In this document: one piece after another, positions 35,601 to 50,112 of the stretch
Numbering within the stretch: position 1 is the first letter of the stretch
Layout of the letters: every line of letters starts with the position of its first letter
From: Mytilus edulis
Taxonomy: Eukaryota
DNA: 64,000 nucleotides
Direction: 5' to 3'
NCBI RefSeq assembly: GCF_963676685.1
Contig: NC_092356.1
Location: 65,658,001-65,722,000, forward strand
Notes under the pieces: generated by a model
Databases searched by the model: none
What the model saw: only the letters and a program-made list of their open reading frames with translations
Told to the model about the DNA's origin: nothing
Translations under genes and position numbers: made by a program

Positions 35601-38600
35601 ATCCTGTAATCATATAAAGCATAAAAAAAAATAAAAACATTGACAACAATAAGGCTTATAAAAAAGAAGATGTGGTATGATTGCCAATGAGACAAATATC
35701 CACAAAAGACCAAAATGACACAGACATTAACAACTATAGGTCACCGTACGGCCTTCTCCAATGAGCAAAGCCCATACCGCAAAGTCAGCTATAAAAGGCC
35801 CCGATAAGACAATGTAAAACAATTCTAACGAGAAAACTAACGGCCTTATTTATGTGAAACAAAAAATGAACGAAAAACAAATATGTAACACATAAACCAA
35901 CGAAAACCACTGAATTACAGGCTCCTGACTTTGGACAGGCACATATATACATAAATAATGTGGCGGGGTTAAACATGTTAGCGGGATCCCAACCCTCCCC
36001 CTAACCTGGGACAGTGGTATAAAAGTAACTCATCAGATGGATACATCCAACAAAAATCTATGATTATTTCAAGAAAATTATCAATGCATATGAGCATATC
36101 ATATAAAAAAAGATGTGGTATGATTGCCAATGAGACAACTCTTCACAAGAGACCATGTGACACAGAAATTAACAATTATAGGTCACCGTACGACCTTCAA
36201 CAATGAGTAAAGCTCACACCGCATAGTTAGCTATAAAAGGTCCTGAAATGACAAATGTAGAACAATTCAAACGAGAAAACTAACGGCCTAATTTATGTAT
36301 AAAAAAATGAACAAAAAACAAATATGTAACACAGCAACAAACGACAACCACTGAATTAAAGACTCCTGACTTTGGAAAGACACATACATACAGAATGTGG
36401 CCAGGTTAAACATGTTAGCGGGATCCCAACCCTCCCCTTAACCCGGGACAGTGGTGTAACAGTACAACATAAGAACGAACTATACAAATCAGTTGAAAAA
36501 GGCTTAACTCATCAGATGGATACAAATAGAAATACATCTAACAAAAACAGAGAGTGGACGTGACCGAGTACTTGTACATCCCATCAACAAAAAGACACTA
36601 AGTACAGATCTGATCTAGTACTCGCAGTTACTGACAGCTAGTTCAAAGCCAATTACAAGTAATAAACAGTAATGCATCTGAGACTAAATTATCAATCATT
36701 ACACATCTAGCATCCAATGGCACGGTAAACAACATCTCCGTAAAAATGAGGATGTGCTATCCCGTTTGAAATAAGTTTTCTACAGGTAGAACCTAACTTC
36801 AAAACCAAATCTATAATTTAGTAAAGATTTTAAGTGATTTATGGTAACGAAATTCCTGACTTAATAATTTACCAGTATCACATAGATTTCGTTCATTAAA
36901 ATACAACAGACACGGGCATAGCGGAGGAGTTGTGATATACAAACACCGTATGTTAGTGTCAATTAAAGGAACATCACCATCCAAAAAAGGAAGTATGGAA
37001 AGCAAAACAAATACTTTTAAAATTATCAGTACATATGAGCATATAAATATCGAAAATAGATCAATACTTTTCGCTTGGGTTTGGATGACTTTTAAATAAA
37101 ACGACCATAAACTCAATTAAAATCAACAAAGCACTAAAAGGACCTTTAATATTAAACTTTTTTGGGCAAATTTATCAAGTGAGATGTAAATATTTCTGTA
37201 CTTAACTTTTAAATTCCAATTATTTTTTTTCATGTTAAAAATTCAATATCCTTATAAATGCATCAATATCCCATATCCCATTTACAATTAGGACAAATAT
37301 CCCATATCCCTAAAATTAAAATGGCAAATATCCCGTATCCAAATATACCCTATACAAGCCTCATAGGTATACAAACAATTCACAATGACAGTAAAATTAT
37401 ATAGTAACAGCGCGTATGTATAAAACGTGTTTCAGACGTCACCGTCTACTCAACATTGTTTCAGACGAGATCGTCTACTTTACACTACTTCATTTTTAGC
37501 CATGGCGTTGTCAGTTTGTTTTAGATTTATGAGTTTGACTGTCCCTTTGGTATCTTTCGTCCCTCTTACACGTGTTTCAGACGAGATCGTCTACTCTACA
37601 CGTGTTACATAAAATCTATTTAATATTGCTAAAACCAATTTATTTAAAATTTAAAATTATTAAAATTATTTTCCATAAAGCTTACCTATATAATTACCGA
37701 TTCCATCCTCCGAAACTTGTGTAATTGGAGTTGATTTATGTTCGGAAAGTTGTGTAGGTCGAGGATTTTGGCATTCAAGTAATCTGTCTTCATTTTTATC
37801 ACAAATGTGTGCTAAATCGGAACTTACATTATGACCCAATGAAAAGTCAGTGCTATGTTTTCTTTGGTGGTCTTCTGGATATTCTTCTTGAGATAATTCC
37901 AGTGAACTAATGTTATTGTTATTTCGGCTTTCTAGTACGAAATTAGTTTTACTCGTCGATGTATTAACACAAGATTCGTCGTCAGAAGTTTGATTAACTT
38001 TTTCATTATTTATAATTTTCGTAATGATCTTTGGTAAAGCATCTGCATTTTTAATTTCAATGCTTTTTAATTTGTTTGCGCATCTGTCCTCGGGTATTGA
38101 AGATTTTTCCATTTCGTTAGAATTCTTCACAGGAGCATCATGTTCTTTTTTAATTATACTTTCAACCTTAGGTACACTATGAATGAGGTCTTTTGCCAAG
38201 TTTGCGTTCCGCAAGTTATTTTGTAAATTGCCTTTCGCTTCAGCATAGTGTCCATTTGTTCCGTTATTTTGTTGATGGTCAAGAAGTCGACCCTCTTCAG
38301 CTTTATCAGCACCTAAAGAGAAATGATATGGTATTTCAGTATTATGATTTAATCTTTACAAAAGTGCAGCAACAACGCATAATGAAAGATACTGGTATTG
38401 TCGAATCAAACTCTACATTTTAGTCTTCTGTAAAAGTGTTGTCCGTATTCTATTGTCTAACAATTCTAGTATAACAAAAGTAATAATTTCTTAATCTCAC
38501 CGTCATTCTTTTGTCTTGTGTACTTCAGAAGTATACCTGCAATCAGAATGATTCCCACAACTACCATTAGTACCAAAACTATTACACTGAAAATATAATA

Positions 38601-41600
38601 CAAAACTATTAATAATGAGACTCGAAAAGATTTAGAGCTTGACATAATGACAAAACACCTGTCACTGCCCGTTTGTTATTAAAGACCGTACGTTGCCTTC
38701 TGTTTGTATTTTGTATATTATTTGTGTTGGGTTACTGCATCGTTGACGATTCCATATCCCCGTTAAGGTAGTGCGTTCGGATTAAAATTTCGTTCCAATA
38801 TGATTTTAGAACAGTAACCATTCGGCTATAAAAATGAATCCATCTAAATGCAGTTATCTACAAAAAGGCCTTCACATTTTTTTCTTATTTAAACATAATT
38901 CTATAAATTTTATAGCTTACATTTATTTTTATTAATCATAAAAATCGCAATTTTACGTTAATAATCGCTTGTCCGGCGTAACATTTTCAGATTGAATAAA
39001 ATGAATTTTCCTATGTTCTGTTGTAATTGTGAACATAAAATCTGCGAAATTTGGTATTTTTAACTTCCTAATAGATTTGTTTTCTGACATCATACATTGT
39101 ACCCGGTTTTTTGGCGTAGGACGAAAGGAGTAGGTCCAGTAAGACCCCTTTTTGGCCCCAACATATAGCAGTTTTACAAAATTGTTAAAATGTAAACTTT
39201 TAGTTATTCATTGGACAGTAGAATGCTTCTGCTACATAAATTTGGGCTGATTTTGACAATACAATGCACATATATCGGGTACTAGCACCATTAAGTCATG
39301 CTAAATTACTGAAATCTTCACAATTCTAGCATTTTAGTTAAATTTTAGACGGTTTTCGTGTAAAACGAAAGTGGCAGCATTCGTGTTCATCCTTAATATT
39401 GAAATGTAAGTTGTATTTTATGATAATACATAACATATATAAAGGTTGGGGATGAACACGGATGCGGCCACTTTCATTTTTGACAAAAACCATCTGATAA
39501 ATTGCATTTTTCGGCATATTTGGTAGATTTTTCATATTTCAGCTTGAATCGGTGCGTTTTTTATGACTAAATCAGTTAAAATCTTTCACATAAAGTAATT
39601 GATTCAAATAAAATAGACACTTAAGTGTTTAAAAAGTGGTCAAAATCTTTCGTCAGATGAACATGAAATTTGAGGCCAAAATCGGTCATTACCGGACCTA
39701 CTCCTTTAAAGCAAGTCCTCAACAAAATATTAAGCAGAGGAACCCGTTTTTACATGTTTTGAGGAAAGTTATTCAAGATTTAAGATTACATTTTTATCGC
39801 TATTATATCATTAAATCATATTAAGATTAATAAAAGTATACTAAATAAAAAGTTCCGAAAAAACGTAAGCATTTTCATAGTTTCAAATGTAAAGCAAACT
39901 TTTTTATGGAGCAGAATTTTAATAAATCTCATGTCTAGCCACTATGTCCAAACGTTATCTTCTTCCATTCCTTAGATGAAATTTGTGATATAGATACATG
40001 TAGAAAATGTGCATTTATAATACTAAATCAACATTTTTAAAATATACAAACTATAAGTTCATTCAAATGGCCATATGAGTTAGGTGTTTTCACTAACATC
40101 ATGACCTTATAATCTTATTTTAGATTTAGCATTCCCTATATCTAGTCATTATGTACAAGGGCGTCATTTAAGACGTTTCTGCACAGCTGCGCCATTTATA
40201 TGAATACACACTAATCCGGCTAGGCTGTTAAAATGATGCCGGGAAATGTTCATTCCAAAATGGTCTGCTGAATCAAAATAACACTCAGATTTGAAATTTA
40301 AAAAAACACCACACACATCAGGATTAGACCCTTTATAGACACAGTGAGAAAAGGGGGAAGAACTAGGGATAATTTCTTATGGTCAAAAGTTGTCACACAA
40401 ATCTAAAAACCATCTTTACAGATTAGAATCCAAGGTACAACGGTCTTATAAACTTTAAACAATTATATAAATACTGTATATGTAAATTGCAAAGATAACC
40501 ATAAGTCCTTGAAAAAAACGGAGAAAGAGCCTTGCATATACACTAGTAGTCTGAAAAATTGCTCATTCAGATGTTGGACAAAAGTGATTTCATCCTTAAA
40601 AAAATAATCATTTCCACTAAAAACAAATTAAAATTATATTTTTCTAAATTATTTTATGAAATAAAAACTTTAAGATGTAGAAATGATTGAAGTGTTTATT
40701 TTCTCATGTGTTCCTCCGGTATTAAGAATAAGCGCAAAGATTTTTTTACCAAAACTTTTTCTAACCAAAATAAAATTGGGAAAATTTGCATTTGTTTTCA
40801 ACTCATAAAAAAAGAACGATTCTTACAAAACTCATGGCCTTATAAACAATAAAACTTGAATCAATCCTTCATCTTATGGTATTTATTTGATAAAAATCGG
40901 CCGAGAAGGTACTCGGCAATATTTTTTGAAAAATAGCGCAAATTCGCTTTTGATCAGAAAACGTAAACGTGTATGGATTCAAAATTGTCAATTTTTCATG
41001 TTACATTTTGTGACGCAATACCGTGCGTAACGTCGGTGTGTTTAGGTAAAATAAAAAAAAGTCCGGAATTTCAAATCGCTTTAATGTCCGAAGAGTATAA
41101 GTTAGGGAACAAAATGAGTTAAAAGTATTGATAGGCTATGAATATAAAAAAAGAAGATGTGGTATGATTGCAAATGAGACAACTGTCCTCTAGAGACCAA
41201 AATGACACACAAATTAACAACCAGAGGTCACCGTATGGCCTTCAACAATGAACAAAGCCCATACCGCATAGTCAGCTATAAAAGTCTCCGAAATGACAGT
41301 GTAAAACAATTCAAACGAGAAAATTAACGGTCTTATTTATGTACAAAAAAAAGAATAAAGCTCCTGTAATTTTGAGATATATTTTTTTTTCAAATGTCTG
41401 TAAAAGGCTAACTCGAACTTTTACCTTAATAGTTGCATTGGTATTTTTTGGATCTAAAATAAAAAAAAAAATAATCAAGAATCTGCTGAAACTTTGGTAA
41501 ATGACCATTTGTGAATTATCAGAGTCTTGTGTGCAAAAAAACATGGGTTTTATGGGGCAAACTATTGTACCCTGTATCTTCAGGGGGGGGGGGGGAAGGA

Positions 41601-44600
41601 GCCCGAACATCTAACATATATTCCTAAACCTGACCTAAGTACATCCTTAATTCATGATATTGTAATGATGTTCACTTATGCGAAAGACATTTATTTCAAT
41701 GTTATACAATACGCTTACTTAGTTGAAATGGAAATGAAATTGTGTTGTTATTTGCTGTGTTGCTGCCCTACTTGCCAATGGCATACCGGGCATTAACTAA
41801 GTCTACAAATTTATACGTTGCTGTTTACTATCATAACTGATATATACATACGAAAAATTACGACCAAAATGACAAAAATACAGTATTTTGTTGTTTAAGT
41901 TAGTAGGTTCAAGGTTAAGTGATGGATACTTACATGGCAACTAACCAGCTAGATGAAGGCTCCATAGTTACGCGTGCAACTGACGGGATCGAAAACGATT
42001 CTTTCCTTTGAATAGTGGTACTCTCTAGGTAAAAAGATATTATAAAGTTCCATTATAAATTTTTAAAAATTCAACTACCATTGATATTCTTCATTACTGG
42101 TGTAAACAAAAAACACAGGAGCGCACAATCAAAAGTATTATAATTGATAGACATACAATAAAAAAATCTTATAACAATGCATAAAAAAAGTCACTGGACA
42201 ATGTTAAAATACTCAATATGTATGAAGTTGGACTTTGAGTGCAGTTTACTAATAAGTTACTTTTATTTATTTAGTAGAACGGAAGGATAAAATGAATCCT
42301 AGAAAACTAAGCAATAATGTTGACTCCAAAATATTTTCATCGATTCGTTGTTCAATAAGCAGATAGATGTTTAAATGAAAGTCCATCACAAACTAAATTG
42401 TTATTGTTTTTTTTTATTTTCAAATGTGTTCATGTATCCATTTTGGCAAAGATAAACTCCATTCCTTCAGTCTTTCTGTTAAAATTTCAGATCAGAGCTG
42501 TTCTGTGCAACTTGGTTAATGTTTGTGTCAATCACATCACCATCATTTATTTTCGTCTTTTCGAGTTTGTATTGTTCATATACCATCTATAATGTTAACG
42601 TTTTTTGCATTCCTTTGCCTACTTTACCAATTAACCCCCTGTTCTTATCAATTGTCAGATTTGTAATTTATTCATTCATAAAAAAATCAATTTACCTGTT
42701 TTCTCTGTAGAAAATATGTGAGATTCTGTTGTGGCACCTTTAATAGTGTCCTCCCTGTAAAACACAAACCATTAAAAAGTTTTTAAAATAACTAAATATC
42801 TATGGAGGAAGTAAGTTTGTTGAAAAAAATTCTTGTAAAACTCTTATTTTGCGATAGTATTTTGATTGGTAAGTTTATTCGGTGTTTGTACATTATGCAT
42901 GGGCAGATCTTAGATATAGGAAGATGTGGTGTTAGTGCTAATGAGACAACTCTCCATCCAAATAACAATTTGAAAAATATATATATATATATATATATAT
43001 TGTTTTTAGGTCAATATACGGCCTTCAACACGGAGCCTTGGCTCACACCGAACAACAAGCTATAAAGGGCCCCAAAATTACTAATGTAAAAACCATTCAA
43101 ACGGGAAAACCAACGGTCTAATCTATATAAAAAAAACGAGAAACGAGAAACACGTATAAATTACATAAACAAACGACAACTACTGTACATCAGATTCCTG
43201 ACTTAGGACAGGTTCAAACATATGCAGCGGGATTAAATGTTTTAATGGAATCAAACCTTCTCCCTTTTTCTGAAACAATAGCATAACATCACAACATAGA
43301 AAAACACACGATAAAATATCAATTGGTAGTCTTAACTCAACCAAACAACGTAAATTAATATTATAAAAAGGAAGGGTCCAACCAAATGATACCATTCAAA
43401 CCTATTGATCGTAAAAAAAAAAGGGGGAGAACCCTGCACCCTTGGATTCACCTCTGTGCTCACTAGTTTCACAAAGAACAAAAAGCTACTATTAACCATC
43501 AACAGAGCATTTTATTGTTGAATGTAAAGAATGATATTCAGCCAAAAATTCATTAAACAACTTGGTTAATAGAGATCTCCTATATTAGAGAGGCCATGCA
43601 TAATTCGTCCGTCTATTGATGCCGGGCTGGCACGATATTAACCAATTCGTCAATCCTCGGCAGAATCCGCTACTCTCATTCTATTAGATGAGGATACGGA
43701 ATCGGCCGAGTTGAGACGAATGGATATTTACCTTATCGGAATGTTGTGTGTATTCTTTTTCATTTCAGATAGTTTAAAAGATGAGTATTTTGTAAATATC
43801 GGTTTGTTGATACGTGTATTGCACGCTTCTATAGACTTTTTTCTCCTTATTTTTGACTTTTGAAAGAATATCTACTGTGTGGTTGTACATTCTTGCACTC
43901 GGTCAGGTAAGAGCGCATAGGAGTAAAATCAAACAAAATAATAATTGCTCAATTAGGTAGGGGGAGGAGTTATATATACTGTTTTCTTATGATTTTGTAG
44001 TGTTAAAATAACATATAACTTCAGTTATTTCCCCCATCCCAAATTGTACCGATTGTAAGCTTGATTTCTAGTTCATTTTTTTGCTCTTACTTTGACAAGT
44101 AAGAAACCTGTCGGTAAAATATAAACTCCGGGGTCAAAAGTCTGTAATAAAAAAATCATCCAATTCTTTTCAAAGATTTGTCTTGTTCGTTTGAACATCG
44201 ATAGTTTTTATTATATTCAACCTTGCATGCATACGTTTCATTCCCGATTTCCTTTATTCTGATAAACAAAATATCTAATAACATCTGTTCTATATATCTA
44301 TATCAAAGGAAAACAATTTGTTTGTATGTCTTTATGTCATGCCGTTAGTCAGGTTTAAAACCGAAAATCTGTTACACATAAAGAGGAAATGTTAGGTTTG
44401 GACCTACTAGAATAAGATAAAAAAAAATTCTTCAGTGTAACAGCTGAGAGTTATATGAGTATGTCTGTAATAAATCAAGGTTAACTATGAAAAAACCTGT
44501 TTATCAACTAAAGATGGTCCTACCTCTTAACTGGTTTATTTGTAGTCTGTACCGTGGAGCTGAAAGTTGTAACGTATAAACAAATTAAAAAACGGTTCTT

Positions 44601-47600
44601 TAAATCAAAACGAAGGTTCTCTATTTAAAAATCAAGGACCAAAAACAGAGTTCAGTTAAAATTCAGCATAAAAACATATATGCATTATCAAGAACATGAA
44701 GTTTATAATGCAAGATTGCTTTATGAGTATCAATTGAAAACATTCTGTGTAGTTTTTCGTGGACTGTGTTTTATGTGTTTTTTTTTTTTGTTATTTGCTT
44801 TTATTTCCGATTTGTGGTTTTTACTTTTCCCTGTGTAGCTCGTCCTTTTGAATCAATTTCATTATTGACATACTTATTTCGAAAATGCTTATATCTTATC
44901 ATCTGGTATGATGCACCAAATTATTTTAATTTTTTTTTAAACGAAAGGTGGTATGAGAGAAGCATGAACTCTTGATCCTTTCGAACACCTAAGCTCATCT
45001 AGGTTTTTTTGGTAGGATCATGAACATTAGTAAAGTTTGGTAAACTGTTGTTTGTATTTATTTCTTTTTTCTTTTTTGAGTTATATCTTATACTTTTGGT
45101 TCTTGGTTGCTTTACTTTTATTCATTGTAGGCAACAGACTTACTGTAATATCAAAGAAATAAATAACGCACCTTTTGACTACAACACTGCCACCAGTGCT
45201 GATACAAGGGCCACAACCTGTTTCGTTCTTCCATGTACCAAACGGACAATGTACACATGCTAGAAAAAATCATGTTGATCATAGTCATTATAGAATTAAA
45301 GTTTAAACAGTTAACGGGTTGACATATTTAAGAAGGATTTTCTAAATAATTTTATTTGTCCTGACAACTTTTAAACTTTTCCTTACTTTAGATCTAATAT
45401 GTCTATAGTCCACCTCTATACTGAATTCCAGCTAGTTGATATTACCACAACAGTGGCGGATCAGGGGTAATCCGGAGGTTGGAATCCCTTTTTTTGGGAC
45501 GATCAATGCATTTGAATAGGGACCTATGGTTGGAACCCCCTTTTTATCCTGGGTGGGTTCGTCTTAATAACCAACAAGCTGTAAATATTAAACAGAGCAC
45601 ACCAAAGCACTGCTTTTAACACAAAATAGATGCTTGATGTATATATGATCAAAAGATAAATATTGTATACATACTATATTTCAAATTGCATGATTATGTA
45701 TAATTCAATTTGACTTACTTCCATTTTCATTTAAGGTTTCTCCGACACCACACGTTTCCATCTTTTTCATGCATGCGCACGGATCTCCATAGTAACATTC
45801 ATCAGTATTACACTGGCAAAACTTGGCATAACTACACATTTTAGCATTGGAAGTACGACTTGGCTCAATATCTGAAATTGACAATTTTTAATTACTAAAA
45901 AAATATAAGTTTATATATATTACAAATCGGCTGTCTGTTACATATTTTAGATGTAAGTAAAAATAATGCATTGTTTTTATACGTAACTTTGCTTCAGAAT
46001 GTCAGCCCCGGTCTTTGGGTGGGATGGTGTTGCTCATTCGTTATTTTTTTTTTTTTTTTATGTAATACCTGGTTGTATGTACATGTAGCAGTTATTTGCC
46101 TTTTCAGCGTTTGTCCTCTTTTTTGGGGGCAATTTATTATCACTTTTCTTTCTGACTTATGGGTTATGATCTTTTGTTTTTGTATCTGTAGTCACTTTCT
46201 CCTCTAAGTCGTTCTGAGCCAATATCAAGGCACCTGACATAGTAAAGGTAGATGGAATTAAATATTTAGGAGAAAATATTTGAAAAAACGCTTATAAAAA
46301 ATAAGTTCAGAAAAAATCATTTAAATGTTTAATATATATCCGTAAATGTAGAAAACAAAAACAAAAACGAACAAGACAAAACAAAACAAAACACAGAACA
46401 GAACGGGTATAAGCAAAACAATACAAAATGATAAATAATAATACAGTATCAGAGAATGTTCTCATTGACCTAACCTTCAAATATAGATACCAAGCTGTCA
46501 TTAAACTCATCTGTCACTTTACTTTCCCTTTTTCCTTTTTCTAATTCAAGCATCACTAAAGATTCTTTTTTGACGAAACGCGCGTCTGTCGTACAAAATA
46601 ATAAGCGCGATATCTTTTTTTCTTTATACTACTCAATTTTACTACTTGCTACATGTATTAGAAACATGTAGAATGAGATTCACATTTAAAATTTTGAAAA
46701 GAAAAACTACATACCTGATGCATGACATTTATCCTTGTTTTTGTTTTCAAAGCATTCTGTTTGTTTGGTGTCCTGTGTTGATTGGATGTAGTTAGGTTGG
46801 ACCAACTCTAACGGACAAGGGTGACATATATCTTTGGTATGATCATCACTACATGGTAATATTTCATTTCCTGTTACAAATAAACACAAGTATAACTCTG
46901 TTATAAATGACACTGTTTATTTTGTATATCTTTAGTATAAATAGTATTATTGTTTGTATATTAAAGTGATCAACTGAAAATATATTAAAACCAAGTAAAA
47001 GGAACATATTGATATGTTTAAAAGAAATACAATCCTTTTTAATTTTAAATAAGCATTTGCAAGTTTTATTCATTGTTGAAGGTCGTACAGTGACCTATAA
47101 TTGTCAATTTCTGTGTCATTTAGTTTCTTATGGCCTCATACAGCATGTTTTATTTTTATATTGTATAAAAACTAACTACAATACAGTTTACACAACTAAA
47201 AACCAAGCAAGAGTTCGCTAAATAAAATAGCAGACAATGTGTTCTGAAAGCTGTGATCTATAGGTAAAAGTACTTATTACAACGCATAAAATTGAAGTTC
47301 GTGAGCAATAAAATAACAGGAGAAAAGAAGCCCGAAAAACGCAAGGATTGGTCGTATTCCCCGTCGAATGAGTGAAAATATATATATGCATCTTAAATTG
47401 TTACATATTATTAATGACCTCAGAATGGGTAGATTTTCCGTTTAATCTATATATTTCAATCTTGATATTCATATATCTAAAATTAAATTTTGACTGTTAC
47501 CTGGTGGACAATTTACAATTGGAATACATAACCGCCTCTTATTTCCAATCAATCTAGATATATACTGGACATCAGAATTTTCACGAACATCAGCCTAAAA

Positions 47601-48299
47601 AAACATAAAAATATATTATCACAATGAACAATTCACTAAAGTACATGTATGACGACGTCAGTGATTAACATTTATACAACGTTCGCAAATTTGAAATTGT
47701 GTGAGTATTGACTTTTGTATTAATTAACTCATGTAGCAGCTTAAGTGTTGTATATCAAACTGTTGTTTTTTTCTTTCTGTTCCTGTGTAAATTGATCTTG
47801 GAGAGTATGTATCTATTTGGTTGGGGTATTTTTAGGCGTATACGTGTTTCGTTGAAAGGTACTTTAATATCGCGTGTCATTCCCTCATTTGATTCACCCT
47901 TATAATAATCGTATCCAAATTAATACTTCTATGCGAATTATTTCTTGAATTATTTTTTTCACTGGATTTTTGTGTATCATGACATTTGTCTATAAAAAAA
48001 AATAACCGATATACATATTTCAGTATATTTTTCAGAGACATCTGCCTGTGTAATTGTGGAACATCATTTTTCTTTTGTTTTTGGTGAATTGTACTTTCAT
48101 CTGAGTCAAAACACGACTCCTTAATTTTAAAATGGGGGTAAACATACAAGTGATACTGAGGGTGATATTGAATTAGGAAAATGTCACATGACTGTATATA
48201 TAATACTAAATGTATTTATTCAACAATACTTACCAGGACAGTGGAAAGTCCAATCACGTAGAGATACAATTGTAATTTACACATTTCCATATGTTTCAT
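32648..48299 (-). CDS. TNF-receptor-superfamily-like type I membrane protein, ~550 aa, 12 coding exons, no death domain
   Basis: Exons 48299-48234, 47594-47501, 46870-46715, 45871-45719, 45259-45172, 44559-44524, 42754-42696, 42024-41934, 38586-38501, 38312-37686, 33465-33436 and 32814-32648 join in frame across GT-AG introns (1653 nt). Product: signal-like N-terminus; Cys-rich ectodomain (CPPGNEILPC..DICHPCP; CQCNTDECYYGDPCAC; CVHCPFGTWKNETGCGPC); Ser/Thr stalk; TM WLVAIVIVLVLMVVVGIILIAGILL then KYTRQK; long low-complexity tail. Confidence 0.8.
33794..33879 (+). ncRNA. Twister-like ribozyme, P3-type permutation (family 1, best copy)
   Basis: cagguu aGGG GAGGG uugggaucccgcuaacauguu U^AA CCCC GC C acau..augu G CCUG UCCCAAGU CAGG A gccug; predicted cut between 33830 and 33831. 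Confidence 0.78.
34251..34494. mobile_element. Small MITE with 3-bp TSD (AAT), Harbinger-like
   Basis: TIR agagcatttgca / tgtaaatgttct; aat on both flanks. Confidence 0.6.
34549..37362. mobile_element. Non-autonomous DNA transposon (GAG...CTC ends, ATAGGT duplication) with nested retro-repeats
   Basis: TIR gaggcttgtttaggg / ccctatacaagcctc; ataggt at 34543-34548 and 37363-37368; subterminal atatccc repeats at both ends. Confidence 0.8.
36720..36990 (-). mobile_element. Penelope-like RT C-terminal fragment joined directly to a family 1 repeat
   Basis: PFLDGDVPL..FNERNLCDTGKLLSQEFRYHK..FTK..GIAHPHFYGDVVYRA (frameshifted), followed immediately and in the same orientation by family 1 sequence at 36720-36103. 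Confidence 0.75.
38767..41425. mobile_element. Possible old Kolobok-like non-autonomous element
   Basis: ttaa|ggtagtgcgttcg ... cgaacttttacc|ttaa; weak TIR with TTAA on both sides. Confidence 0.4.
39126..39705. mobile_element. Kolobok-like MITE
   Basis: TIR aggagtaggtccagtaa / ttaccggacctactcct; TTAA present on the right flank only. Confidence 0.7.
43190..43273 (-). ncRNA. Twister-like ribozyme (family 3), sense orientation in an intron of the TNFR-like gene
   Basis: Core identical to 2553-2636; P5 weakened by two substitutions. Confidence 0.65.
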
Positions 48300-50102
48300 A
48301 ATAATGATAAATTCCTGTGGTCACAGTCTGCTATAAACAACTGAAGAAAAAAAATGATAATGAAGTTGAAATGGGTAGTCTTGCTAAAATCGATTTGTGG
48401 ACTTATAAAAAAAAAGTGAAATAACAAAAATACCGAACTCAAAGGAAATTTCAAAACGGAAAGTCCGTTATCAAATGGCAAAATCAAAAGCTTAGACACA
48501 TCAAACGAAGGGATAAGAAATGATATTCTTGACTAGGTACAGGCTAACGATTTATTGATACATTGATTGTTGATTGATCGATGATCATTGCTTAACGTCA
48601 TGTCAGTACAAAATGACTTCATTGCAATCAAAACTAACAAAAAAAATCATCATAATTATTCAAATTAATGTATGTATTTTTACATTTCGTTTTCAGCATA
48701 TCATCCGAACTATAAAAAACACAATAAGAATTGAAAAGAAAGACATGTGAAAAAGGGAAAACTTACACATTATCAATAAATACATTAATGACTTACGCCA
48801 TGTTAAACAAATGGAATATAAAACATTAAATAACAGAAGGCATTGAATTCATTCATTTAAAATTCTTTCTATTTAAAGTTTTTCCCCCGGATAAGTGTGA
48901 CGTAGATTTAAAAACTCGGCCCACGATAAATATTTACAGTCGACACATTCGTCTTTGTTATTTTGCATTGAAATACAATACAATGAATATGCTGTACCCG
49001 GAGCTAAAAAATATTCAATACAATTTGTACTAAGAAAATAATTATCTTTAATTGCATCATAGAATGATAAACGTTCAACATTTCTTTAAATTTAAAAAAC
49101 AAAAGAAAAGAATTGTTTTTTTCTTATTTTGTTTAACTGTTGGATTTCATTTTTAGTGTTTATTAAAAACATTAAAAATTGCACTTAGAATACGATATTT
49201 TTCAAACTTTCAAGGAGAAAATGCCATATTTGGGCCACCTTTATTCTTTCAAAAGTAAAATTTTACCTATTTCCCGTCCTTTTCAGAAAAAAACCCTGAT
49301 AATCTATTTTACGATTCAAATTATTTATCATTTTTATCTTTCTTCATATTTACCAAAGTGTTAAACTGTAAGTAGCATTATGATAGCTATCTGTGTCAAG
49401 AACCAAGCAAATCATCTGTCTGCATGTGATAGAGGAAAAAAATCGATTGTCTTTGACTAAAGTTGTCATATAAACCCCAACCCTGCCGTCCAACCTAATT
49501 TCTCGATAAGGAGGATAGGTGCCTATGACATTATATGGGGCACATACATTTTTAATCAAAAGACTTAGTGTAGCTTTCCTGGGGAAAGTCTAACAGAGAT
49601 ATTCAGCTCCTAGTCATATTGTAAAAATGAGAAGTATATATATATATATAAAAACTGACAAAATCATACGCCATCAAAAAACGGAACAAGTGAAAAACAA
49701 TTCATATTGCCATATTCCTGACTTAGTATATATAGGTATCATCCGAAGGTAATTATGAGTTAAACCTGGAATTGAAGCTAGCTAAATCTCTTACTTTTAT
49801 GACAGTTGTTTAGAGTACCTTAGTGGTGACAAAATTGGATAAACAAACCAACTGAAGCAGACATTAGACGTGACAAGAACGAGGCCCACAATATTTCAAA
49901 TAAAATTGAGAATTTAAATTGGGAATGTGTCATAGAGACAACAACCCGACATAAGAACAGAAAACAGTATTTTAGCATCAGTAGGGAATATAAAAATGTA
50001 GTAACGTGTATATCTACTTACGTTTATAAACCAGTCAACAATCCGTCTTATAAAATAAAAATAAATGTATGAATCGAACCACTATTTTCAAATTGTTTAT
50101 AA

Positions 50103-50112
50103 GGGGAACCCC
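50103..50112. promoter_or_regulatory. NF-kB-like site GGGGAACCCC upstream of the TNFR-like gene
   Basis: Fits GGGRNNYYCC in otherwise very AT-rich DNA; related motifs near 49581 and 48880. Confidence 0.4.

Noticed and set aside
43730-43830. Extra exon of the TNFR-like gene
   Set aside because: A donor-like site exists, but the required phase hits a stop, and the model closes without it.
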